The notes under the pieces were generated by a model, which made no database searches, was not told the origin of the DNA, and saw nothing but the letters and a program-made list of their open reading frames with translations. Position numbers and translations under genes: made by a program. This document shows positions 1 to 8,393 of a stretch of DNA of 64,000 bases, piece by piece. The first letter of the stretch is position 1. Every line of letters starts with the position of its first letter. The stretch spans positions 448,001-512,000 of the forward strand of contig CAWBBV010000007.1 in the NCBI GenBank assembly GCA_963787125.1, given 5' to 3'. The stretch comes from an uncultured delta proteobacterium. Lineage in GTDB: Bacteria > Desulfobacterota > Desulfuromonadia > Geobacterales > DSM-12255.

Positions 1-3000
1 CCAGGTAAAGCAGTCACCTGTTCCAGTGTTTACTGTCACGGTAATCGCCTCAAGACCGGCGATACCTCAGGTTCATACAAGAAACCGTATTGGAACTACT
101 CAGCGATGATCAATTACACTGACCCCGCTAACTCCTGTAACAAATGCCACGGTCTTCCGCCATCAGCCGGTACATCAATAACAACCCATACTGGCAAGAC
201 TCTTACCGGGGTAAACGCCTGCGCCAACTGTCATGGCTCTGTTGTTAACGCATCTGGTCAGATCATCAATAAAGAGCTTCATATCAATGGTCAGGTTGAT
301 GTTACCGCCGGTCACGAGTATAGCTTCGGTGGCTGGCGCCACATGCCGGGCGGCATCGGCTCCATCAAGGCTGCCTCACTCACTGATTTCACCGCCTGTA
401 CCGGCTGTCACTCCGGCACATCCGGCGGCAGCTACCCGGTTGCAAGCCGTGGCCAGGCTTCGCTATTGGTCTGTACGGTCTGTCACATTAACAACCCGAA
501 CTTCTACACTACGGGCTCCAAAGGCAGTTGCGGAGACTGCCACGGCAGCAATACCGCCGGGTACTATTCAACAGGTCAGCCAGACGGTAACGTCTTTCCG
601 AACAATAGCGGCAGTCACTCCGCCCACATCGCCCAGGGTTATGCCTGTGCTGATTGTCACAGTGGCCGCGGTACTGGAGTGAAAACTCACGGCAACTACT
701 CAGGTGTCAAGAAGACTACCTATATGAATATATCGATTGCCTTCAATACCACCAAAACCGGTACGGCAGTCAAATACGTCAACGGTGGCGGTACGCTTGC
801 TAATACCTCCTGCAACACTTCCTGGTGCCATGGCAGTAAGTCACCTGCCTGGGGTGCGCCGGTTCCTGCCCAGCAATGCGTTCGCTGCCACGGTTCGCAG
901 ACGCTTTCTTATGCCAATAACTCCTCTGCAACAATCGCCCCTGGTGGCAGTAATATTGATACCAACAGGACTGCCGGCGTAACCAATAGAGGCGGTGTGC
1001 ATCAAGAACACCTCAATGCAACTGATGGCATATCTGCCAAGATAAAATGCGGAGCCTGCCACGCCGGGCTTTCTACCAAGGCAGTTAATCACGCTCAACT
1101 CGATAACAGAACAACGGCAACAGTTGTTTTTAACGGTCTTGCTGTCGCTAATAGTCATGGAGCAGCTGGGATAGTTCGTACAAGTGGCATAATAACCTGT
1201 AACAACACCTACTGTCATACGGCGAAGAACAATTCCGGTCTCAACATGGCACCTACATGGAATAGTTCAACCTATCTGCCAGCTACCTTGACGGTTGCTG
1301 CTTGTACTCAGTGCCACGCGCTTCCTCCTTCAAGTGTTTCTTCTCACACGGGACTATCCGTAACATCATTCCCGATAGGTACTCAGTGTGGCGCTAATTG
1401 TCACTTGAACCTGAACACCGCAGCCACCACCTACGCTACCATATTTAATGACCCTTCTCAGCACATTGATGGAATTATTCAAGGTGGTGACTGCATAAGC
1501 TGCCACTCGGCTGTACAGGGTGCTCGTGCTCCGGTTGTCGGCCAGTTTGCTTCCCAATCTCACCATATACAGGGTGGCGAAGTGTTAACCAAGGCTTCTT
1601 GCTATAAGTGCCACTGGGAAGCTGATATTAATGGTGACGAAGACCCTGCCTATCATAGTAAAACTTCCGGTAAAGGTGTCAGCCTGGTCGTCTGGAAAGG
1701 TTCTGCTACACGACCAACTGTTGCTTCGGCTGCAACCCTGGTTTCTTACACAGCCAACGGCAGCAGAAGACAAATCCTGAAGCTTAATGATGTTTGTCTC
1801 GGTTGTCATGATTCGACAGTCAGAGCGACACCACCGTTCGGTACTTTCGCAACCGACCAGTACTCACCAGAACCGCGGATGACACCGGTACTTAGCAAGA
1901 CAAGTATTCTTTCCAGGTACTCTAGCACTCGTACTGTGCCTTGGAGTAACTACTCATTTACCAACTCTTCCGGTCAGGTTTCGCAGTACGGCACCAATAC
2001 CAAGAAGAACGTTACCAAAGCTCTTTCCGGCCACGGTAATGCAATCAAAAATCAGTTCCCGAGCTGGAATTCAACAACTGGTGGGTCTGGTGAAGATGAA
2101 GTCTCCGGCGTAAATGTTGATATTGCTGCCAGCCAGACGTTAAGTAAGTATCGTAACGTTCTTTGCTACGACTGCCACAACTCTCACGGCTCTGCTGCAG
2201 TTGGTGTTACCAGTTCCTACTCCAGCGCCACCGGTCGTTACAAAGGTGGATTGCTTAAAACTACTACTAACGGTCAGGGCGGCTATACAAATACTTACAC
2301 GCCTACTGCCAGAACCATCGCCTACAAGAGCTACAGTACACTGACAACACATGCAGCGACCTTCAATGCCGGCGCCAGCATCTGCAACGACTGTCATAAC
2401 ACCGACACTCGCAAGGTTACCTACGCAGGCGGCAGACCTTGGTCCATCCTGACAACCTACAGCTCCACCAAGCCGATTGTCGGTTACTGGAGCACACCAT
2501 ACTTCGATAACTACACATTCAATTCAGTCAAGCGGACTACCTACAAAATGGGTGGTGCACCAGGGACCATTAAAGACCAGCGTAAACCGATGGGCGGTCA
2601 CTACGGCTCCAGCGCCAACCTGGGTAATTACTCCGGTGTATCTCACAGCCAGAACATCAACGGCCTCTGTACTCCATGCCACGATCCGCACGGTGTATCC
2701 AGCGCCATGTCCGTTGTCAACCGTGGTAAATCAGTACCGATGCTCAAAGGCACCTGGGTAACCTCGCCATACCGCGAAGACAAAGCAACACCGGTCGTCA
2801 AACGTGGCGGCGGCAGTAACTTCACCGGTATGCCGGCAATGGGCGCAATGCCTGGTTACAACATTGACCAGAACTCATTGATCAACCTTGCGGCTCCAAC
2901 TGCCGGTGGCGCTGCACAAACAACAACCAAGAGCAATCAAAGGAAGCAGGCATTCACTGTCTTCCCAGGCGCTGCTGGCAACGCCCTTGCGCTGCACACA

Positions 3001-3585
3001 GAGAAAGATCCGGATCCGGCAGTTAATGCTGCTGCCAACTTCGCCGGTCTTTGTGTCGGTTGTCACCAGAAAGCGACACTGACCAACTCCACCGTTGCAC
3101 CTGCTGCCAGTAACTGGATGAGCAAAGAGCGGGTTCACCAGTCAGTAGCAGGCTGGGCAGCAACAAGCGGAGTCAATTTGAACGGCACTGTTCATGCTTA
3201 CACCTGCTCCAAGTGCCATGCGCCGCACGTTTCGCGTCTGCCACGGCTCATGATAACCAACTGCCTTGACGTAAGGCATACGAAACAGTCGGTTTCCGGT
3301 GGAGCGATTTCGGCCACAACCGTCGGCACCCCTGGTTTCACCTACGGCAACAACAACCAGAGCTTTGCAACGTCTGGTCGGGGTGCAGGCCGCTTCCCCT
3401 CTGGTGGTTCAAGGTACTCGGGAACACCTGGTTCAGCCCAGAACAACGGGCCGTGGTACTTCCAGACAGTTCAGCCGGCAGGTGTTACTTATCCTTCAAA
3501 CTGCCATAACGGAGTGAACGCAGGCGGCGGAGCAACAACTTACGCTCCAAACTTGCAGATCTGGAACAAAAAAACCCGCTGGTAA
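1..3585 (+). CDS. Giant multiheme c-type cytochrome with CxxxxCH/CxxCH (Geobacter-type) repeats; 5'-truncated by the window edge
   Basis: Frame 1 is open from base 1 (PGKAVTCSSVYCHGN...) into the 106..3585 ORF. I count 17 CxxCH, 3 CxxxxCH (CSSVYCH, CNTSWCH, CNNTYCH) and 1 CxxxCH (CGANCH). Very Thr/Ser/Gly/Asn-rich; ends QIWNKKTRW. Confidence 0.95.
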   Translation, partial: PGKAVTCSSVYCHGNRLKTGDTSGSYKKPYWNYSAMINYTDPANSCNKCHGLPPSAGTSITTHTGKTLTGVNACANCHGSVVNASGQIINKELHINGQVDVTAGHEYSFGGWRHMPGGIGSIKAASLTDFTACTGCHSGTSGGSYPVASRGQASLLVCTVCHINNPNFYTTGSKGSCGDCHGSNTAGYYSTGQPDGNVFPNNSGSHSAHIAQGYACADCHSGRGTGVKTHGNYSGVKKTTYMNISIAFNTTKTGTAVKYVNGGGTLANTSCNTSWCHGSKSPAWGAPVPAQQCVRCHGSQTLSYANNSSATIAPGGSNIDTNRTAGVTNRGGVHQEHLNATDGISAKIKCGACHAGLSTKAVNHAQLDNRTTATVVFNGLAVANSHGAAGIVRTSGIITCNNTYCHTAKNNSGLNMAPTWNSSTYLPATLTVAACTQCHALPPSSVSSHTGLSVTSFPIGTQCGANCHLNLNTAATTYATIFNDPSQHIDGIIQGGDCISCHSAVQGARAPVVGQFASQSHHIQGGEVLTKASCYKCHWEADINGDEDPAYHSKTSGKGVSLVVWKGSATRPTVASAATLVSYTANGSRRQILKLNDVCLGCHDSTVRATPPFGTFATDQYSPEPRMTPVLSKTSILSRYSSTRTVPWSNYSFTNSSGQVSQYGTNTKKNVTKALSGHGNAIKNQFPSWNSTTGGSGEDEVSGVNVDIAASQTLSKYRNVLCYDCHNSHGSAAVGVTSSYSSATGRYKGGLLKTTTNGQGGYTNTYTPTARTIAYKSYSTLTTHAATFNAGASICNDCHNTDTRKVTYAGGRPWSILTTYSSTKPIVGYWSTPYFDNYTFNSVKRTTYKMGGAPGTIKDQRKPMGGHYGSSANLGNYSGVSHSQNINGLCTPCHDPHGVSSAMSVVNRGKSVPMLKGTWVTSPYREDKATPVVKRGGGSNFTGMPAMGAMPGYNIDQNSLINLAAPTAGGAAQTTTKSNQRKQAFTVFPGAAGNALALHTEKDPDPAVNAAANFAGLCVGCHQKATLTNSTVAPAASNWMSKERVHQSVAGWAATSGVNLNGTVHAYTCSKCHAPHVSRLPRLMITNCLDVRHTKQSVSGGAISATTVGTPGFTYGNNNQSFATSGRGAGRFPSGGSRYSGTPGSAQNNGPWYFQTVQPAGVTYPSNCHNGVNAGGGATTYAPNLQIWNKKTRW

Positions 3586-3593
3586 CAGCAAAT

Positions 3594-3618
3594 GGCGGGG
3601 ATCATCGCGATCCCCGCC
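3594..3618 (+). other. GC-rich stem-loop between the cytochrome and the peptide ORF (no U-tract on + strand; possible mRNA stabiliser or partial terminator)
   Basis: GGCGGGGATC-atcgc-GATCCCCGCC, a perfect 10-bp stem followed by TAAAAATA rather than a T run. Confidence 0.7.
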
Positions 3619-3667
3619 TAAAAATAAGCATGATAAGTCTGGTAAATAATAAAAGGAGGTGCCTGCA

Positions 3668-3727
3668 ATGAAAAAGAGCTACGTTACACCGAAAATCACA
3701 GGTAGTGCAGTTGTTCATCCTTGCTAA
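3668..3727 (+). CDS. 19-aa peptide MKKSYVTPKITGSAVVHPC, putative RiPP-like precursor or leader peptide
   Basis: AAAGGAGGT Shine-Dalgarno (3652-3660) 7 nt before the ATG; TAA stop at 3725-3727; lies between a stem-loop and a terminator; contains KxYxxP; below the ORF-track size cutoff. Confidence 0.8.
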   Translation: MKKSYVTPKITGSAVVHPC

Positions 3728-3749
3728 CACAACCGCATAAATTATGATG

Positions 3750-3783
3750 AAAATGGGGTCGTGCTTGCGACCCCATTTTTTTT
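3750..3783 (+). terminator. Rho-independent terminator ending the cytochrome-peptide transcript
   Basis: AAAATGGGGTCGT-gctt-GCGACCCCATTTT stem running into a T8 tract. Confidence 0.85.
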
Positions 3784-3796
3784 ACCCTCTTTTCTA

Positions 3797-3825
3797 TTGA
3801 CTGCCCCCATTGTTACAATTACTCT
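3797..3825 (+). promoter_or_regulatory. Possible sigma70 promoter for the downstream glycosylation operon
   Basis: TTGACT-17 nt-TACTCT, ~40 nt upstream of the GT2 start. Confidence 0.35.
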
Positions 3826-3863
3826 TGAAAAATTAAAATATATGCAAGGTCCCGAAATCAAGC

Positions 3864-4769
3864 ATGAAACTGATCATCCAGATACCATGTTTCAACGAGG
3901 AAAATACCCTTCCGCCCACTCTGGCTGCACTTCCCCGCAGAGTGGAGGGTTTCGATATTGTTGAATGGCTGGTTATTGACGACGGCAGCAGTGATCGAAC
4001 TGCAGAAATTGCTAAAAAACATGGTGTTGATCATATAGTCAGACTGGAGAAGAACAGTGGCCTGGCCGCTGCCTTCATGGCCGGAATAAAATTTTCCCTT
4101 GCCAGGGGAGCAGATATAATCGTCAATACGGATGCTGATAATCAATACAATGCCGCCGATATACCCCTCCTAATTGAACCGATTTTGGCCGGTAAAACCG
4201 GTTTTGTAATCGGCCTCAGGCCTGTCTATGAAATCAAAGAGATCCCTTTACTGATAAAGTTTTTGCATAAAGCAGGGAGTATTGCAGTCATGAAGGCAAG
4301 TGGGACAACTGTCACTGATCCTCCAAGCGGCTTCAGGGCTTTCTCTCGTGAAGTAGCCGAAAATCTGCGTGTTTACAACAGGTATACCTATACTCTGGAA
4401 ACGATAATTCAAGCCGGCAACCGGGGGCTACAGATCGAGACTGTCAAGATTAGAGTCAATATGGAGAAGCTTAGACCCTCCCGGCTTATGTCCTCGCCTT
4501 ACAGCTATGTTCTCAAGTCTTCACTAATAATCCTGCGCAGCCTGCTGCGCTATAACCCGTTGCGTTTCATACTTCTTTTTTGTTTGCCGCTGCTTATTAC
4601 TGCGGCTTTCGCCTCTATCTACATTTATTTCTGGCAGAGCGATTTTTTGGCCGTTACAGTTTTATCGGTTGCGGCTGGAGCGCTGCTTTTCCTCTCGATC
4701 GTCTCATTACCGGTTATTTTCTCCTGTGGAGATTATGCTGAAAACAGTGCCGCTGGAGGGACTCGTTAA
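3864..4769 (+). CDS. GT2 glycosyltransferase, polyprenol-phosphate sugar synthase (DPM/DPG)-like, with C-terminal TM helices
   Basis: IQIPCFNEE, IDDGSSD, TDADNQY, DPPSGFRAFSR motifs. Confidence 0.9.
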   Translation: MKLIIQIPCFNEENTLPPTLAALPRRVEGFDIVEWLVIDDGSSDRTAEIAKKHGVDHIVRLEKNSGLAAAFMAGIKFSLARGADIIVNTDADNQYNAADIPLLIEPILAGKTGFVIGLRPVYEIKEIPLLIKFLHKAGSIAVMKASGTTVTDPPSGFRAFSREVAENLRVYNRYTYTLETIIQAGNRGLQIETVKIRVNMEKLRPSRLMSSPYSYVLKSSLIILRSLLRYNPLRFILLFCLPLLITAAFASIYIYFWQSDFLAVTVLSVAAGALLFLSIVSLPVIFSCGDYAENSAAGGTR

Positions 4770-5410
4770 TGGAGCTGCTGCAGGCGATAATGACGCGCCG
4801 GAGCGCACGCCGTTACGCCGCTGCCGTCCCTCCGGGGGAAATCTGCGAACTGCTCGAACTGGCCGCATCTGCGCCATCAGCCTGCAACAGGCGCGGGTGG
4901 AGATGCATACTGGTGCAAAATCGGGAGGCTATGAGGTGGCTCTACAGGCAGGGAGGCTCAGCTGTCTTTCAGACCGCAGGACAGGCGCTGCTTGTCTGCT
5001 ATGAGGCTCAAACAGAAAACAGTGAATGGGACGATAACATTCAGAGCGCAGCTGCGTTCATAGCCTATTTCCAGCTGCTTGCCCATGACCGCGGCATAGG
5101 TTCCTGCTGGATATGTCACCTCCCCCCGAAAAGAGAGGTGAGTGAATATTTTAAAATACCTCCGGCGTATACACCGGTAGCAGTTGTAACTTTCGGCGAG
5201 TATCAAAAAGAATACTCTGACCTGGTGAGAGGGAATAAGAAGCCCGTTCCTCTTTTCATTGACCGTTGGTCTTTTGATGCAGGCGAAATAGATGGTTTGA
5301 AATCAGCGTCACAACCCCGTAAACTGTTACGTAAACTTTATTACGCACTTCCGTTAAGGCGTTGGCTGAGGGGATGGGCGGGGCGTTATGAAAAGAAATT
5401 CGATGAATAA
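4769..5410 (+). CDS. Nitroreductase-family flavoprotein
   Basis: IMTRRSARRY, SAPSACNRRGW, AHDRGIGSCWI motifs; start overlaps the upstream stop. Confidence 0.85.
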   Translation: MELLQAIMTRRSARRYAAAVPPGEICELLELAASAPSACNRRGWRCILVQNREAMRWLYRQGGSAVFQTAGQALLVCYEAQTENSEWDDNIQSAAAFIAYFQLLAHDRGIGSCWICHLPPKREVSEYFKIPPAYTPVAVVTFGEYQKEYSDLVRGNKKPVPLFIDRWSFDAGEIDGLKSASQPRKLLRKLYYALPLRRWLRGWAGRYEKKFDE

Positions 5411-7055
5411 GGGGTACTATTGCCAAAGCGAGCCGCAGCTTGAGGAAGGACTCAAACGATTTCTGCTAAGGAGCGTGCCGAGGATTCTTACCCAGCTTGA
5501 CAGGGATCCCGATTCGCCAACGTTCGGCTGTTTTGACCGTGATTTCTGGCACTACCGGATTCGCGATTTTTCTTCCATCGTGCTGCAGCAGGGGGCACTG
5601 GTTCTCCAGACGCTGCACAACTATCCGGATAGTGATAACCCGCTCTACAAAAATCCGCAAACTCTTTCCTGGATAGATGCCTGCCTGTCTTTCTGGGCCA
5701 CTCAGCAGCTGCCTTCCGGCGCATTCAATGAATATTACCCCAATGAAGAGGGCTTTCCGCCGACTGCCTTTTCTCTTTACGCCGTTGCGTTGATCTTTAA
5801 AGAGCGAGGCTTTCCTGAAGCAATGCCTGCGGTCCTGCATACTGTGCGTAAAGCTGCTGACTGGCTTCTCTCAATTCAGGAGAGTCAGGCTCTCAATCAG
5901 GAGGCAGTCGCTCTTGCCGCCCTTGTACTCTCTTCACGGATTCCGTCGGTAAATATTGATATGGTGAAGCTGGAAAAGAGGCTCGAAGTTTTGTTTGCTG
6001 CCCAATCTGCAGAAGGCTGGTTCCCAGAGTATGGTGGGGCAGATAGCGGCTACCTTTCGGTGACACTTGACGCGCTTGCAGTGTATTTTGATCTGACCGG
6101 TGATCCAAGAGCCGAAATTGCGATGAACAGAGCTTTGGAATTTATCAGCCAGTTGATCTCGGTCTCCGGGACAACTCCGGTGATGATTAATTCCAGAAAT
6201 ACCGATTACATTGCACCCTACGGACTTATCAGGATGGCTGCGAGTAGTCCGCTTGCCAGAAGCGTTGTGGAGGCGCTTTTCAGTACAACCGAAAATCCGG
6301 CCCACTTCCTGAACGCCACTGATGACAGATATCTTTGCCACTATATCTACCACTCCTGTTTTCGCGGCCTGGAACAGTTGTCTCGAATGACAGTTCAAAA
6401 AGCGGCTCTCCCCTGTGAAGAGGGGAGTGACAGATATTACCCTGATGCCGGCATTCATACTCTCCATATTCCAGAGTGCAGATCGATATATATTGCGGCT
6501 CGCAAGGGTGGAGTCTATTACCTCTATAATACTGAAGGAATCGTCTCTGCCGATTACGGCTGGCGTTATAAGGATGGTAAGGGGAGGGTGGCGCTGACTC
6601 ACTGGCAGCATCCGGAAAACCTTGCTGTTTGCAGTCAAAAAGCCGCCTCAATAGATATTGAGGCAAGCGGGGTAGTTTCAATTCATGGCTGGCCTGACTC
6701 GACACCTCTGCGGCATGGAGCACTGAGAGTGCTCAGTTATTTTTTAGGGAAAGGGATCATTGTCTGGCTGAAAAAAGTAATGATTTTCAAGGCCGAGAGC
6801 TATGGTTTAAATTACAGCCGCAAAATCAGGGTTACGGAGTCAGGGATTTACTGTAGCGACAGATTTAGTGGGGCAGGCATCCGGAACTTTAATCCGGTTC
6901 CGGCTCCCGCATACTCTCTGCGCCATGTAGCAAGCGCTGCAAATTTCAACAGGGAAGAGCTTGCCGGTTCGGCAGGCGTCAAGAGAACATTTGCACACAC
7001 TGCCGAAAGTCTTACTATCACCAGCACCATTGATTTTACGGAGATGCTGGGATGA
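5403..7055 (+). CDS. Hypothetical protein, probable alpha/alpha-barrel (glycan lyase/epimerase or prenyltransferase-repeat-like) fold
   Basis: Long ORF; repeated QxxxGxF motifs (QQLPSGAF, AQSAEGWFPEYGG); start at 5403 overlaps the nitroreductase stop (ORF track starts it at 5388). Confidence 0.6.
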   Translation: MNKGYYCQSEPQLEEGLKRFLLRSVPRILTQLDRDPDSPTFGCFDRDFWHYRIRDFSSIVLQQGALVLQTLHNYPDSDNPLYKNPQTLSWIDACLSFWATQQLPSGAFNEYYPNEEGFPPTAFSLYAVALIFKERGFPEAMPAVLHTVRKAADWLLSIQESQALNQEAVALAALVLSSRIPSVNIDMVKLEKRLEVLFAAQSAEGWFPEYGGADSGYLSVTLDALAVYFDLTGDPRAEIAMNRALEFISQLISVSGTTPVMINSRNTDYIAPYGLIRMAASSPLARSVVEALFSTTENPAHFLNATDDRYLCHYIYHSCFRGLEQLSRMTVQKAALPCEEGSDRYYPDAGIHTLHIPECRSIYIAARKGGVYYLYNTEGIVSADYGWRYKDGKGRVALTHWQHPENLAVCSQKAASIDIEASGVVSIHGWPDSTPLRHGALRVLSYFLGKGIIVWLKKVMIFKAESYGLNYSRKIRVTESGIYCSDRFSGAGIRNFNPVPAPAYSLRHVASAANFNREELAGSAGVKRTFAHTAESLTITSTIDFTEMLG

Positions 7056-8176
7056 AAAGAGTTTTTTCCATTGCCGTTGTGCTGTCGGTACTGGTTGCAC
7101 AAACCGTTGTTGCGGTCGATAAGCCTTCGACAAGGTTTGCGCCTCCATCTGGTGCATTTATCAATGACCGCGAAATTAAGATAAAAACCAGCAATGAGGC
7201 TATGAAAAAGCGGAGGGAAATAATTCGCTACATCTGGGGAGGGGATGCTCTGCCGAAAGATAGGCTCCCCTCCGCTGTTGAGCGTGGTTCCATGAAGCCG
7301 GATAATCTCAAGAATCTGGAACGGGTAGATACTCTCCATATCTCGATGGATGCAGGGGTAAAGGGTCTTTCCCATCTCTTTCTCCCGAAAATGAACAAAA
7401 ACAACCGGGCTGTCATCCTGCATCTTGGCCATACAGACGGCTGTACCTTTAATGACAATCTGCCCGGAGAGCCTGATATCGGCATGAGGAGGACAATCAA
7501 TGCCCTTCTTACCGCTGGTTTCGCTGTCCTTGGGGTCTATATGCCCCAGGTTACTCCTGAGGAGTGCAGGTGGGAGCATGACAGGCTGTTTAGACTGAAA
7601 ACGTCCGGGAGTCCGCTGAAATTTTTTCTGGAGCCGACTCTGGCGAGTCTTAATTACCTGCAGAAGGCTTATCCGCAGTACAGGGATTTTTCCATGACAG
7701 GTCTTTCCGGCGGTGGTTGGACAACGACTCTGTATGCGGCAATTGATCCGCGGATAAAACTCAGCATCCCTGTTGCCGGGAGCCTGCCGCTCTATCTCTG
7801 TCATGAGGGGTACGGACATGACGTGGAGCAGCGATTGGACTCATTCTACAAAATGGCAGGCTATCTTGATCTTTATCTGCTCGGTGCCTATGGTGAAGGG
7901 CGTAAACAGATCCAGATGCTGAACCGTCATGATGATTGCTGCTTCGGCGAGAATCAGCATGACCGGCGACTGACCGGCATGCCGTTCGAACCGTCTTTGC
8001 GCGAATATGAAGCAAGAGTGAAGAGAGCACTGGGAATGCTTGGTGCAGGTTCTTTCCAGATTGTCATTGACGAAAAGGCCGACGGGCACAAGATATCGCC
8101 ACAGGCCCTGCAGAGTGTGATTCTCCCGGCGCTTGGTCAGGGCAACGTCTCGGCAGTTGTGCGGAAATCAAAATGA
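7052..8176 (+). CDS. Secreted alpha/beta hydrolase (esterase-like)
   Basis: N-terminal signal peptide (MKRVFSIAVVLSVLVAQTVVA), nucleophile elbow TGLSGGG, late Asp/His (HDDCCF...GHKIS). Confidence 0.7.
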   Translation: MKRVFSIAVVLSVLVAQTVVAVDKPSTRFAPPSGAFINDREIKIKTSNEAMKKRREIIRYIWGGDALPKDRLPSAVERGSMKPDNLKNLERVDTLHISMDAGVKGLSHLFLPKMNKNNRAVILHLGHTDGCTFNDNLPGEPDIGMRRTINALLTAGFAVLGVYMPQVTPEECRWEHDRLFRLKTSGSPLKFFLEPTLASLNYLQKAYPQYRDFSMTGLSGGGWTTTLYAAIDPRIKLSIPVAGSLPLYLCHEGYGHDVEQRLDSFYKMAGYLDLYLLGAYGEGRKQIQMLNRHDDCCFGENQHDRRLTGMPFEPSLREYEARVKRALGMLGAGSFQIVIDEKADGHKISPQALQSVILPALGQGNVSAVVRKSK

Positions 8177-8391
8177 AGATCAAAAGTGTTCCCGTTTCAT
8201 TTGCCGATCAAAGGCTTTATCCGCGGCTGCTGGTCATGGTGCGGCTGTTGTCCCTCGCAAAACTGTCAATCGTCCATCTTCGCTTTATGGATTTTACTGT
8301 CACTATCGGCAGGGCCGGCTACCTGCTCTGGAAGGTCGTGATTGTCGGACTATGGCAGAGACGGATGCAGCGTTTGAGTAGGGAAGTGTAA
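8173..8391 (+). pseudogene. Short ORF resembling the C-terminus of a GT2/DPM-like glycosyltransferase; possible remnant
   Basis: KIKSVPVSFADQR resembles the EVP(I/V)xFxDRR C-terminal GT2 motif; no catalytic N-terminal part. Confidence 0.3.
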
Positions 8392-8393
8392 CG

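Noticed and set aside
3761..3964. 67-aa ORF spanning the terminator
   Set aside because: Starts inside the terminator hairpin, lacks an RBS and overlaps the GT2 start out of frame
6848..7819. 323-aa minus-strand ORF, and other long antisense ORFs such as 5934..6638 and 12196..12831
   Set aside because: They overlap well-supported plus-strand genes and show no recognisable motifs; shadow ORFs
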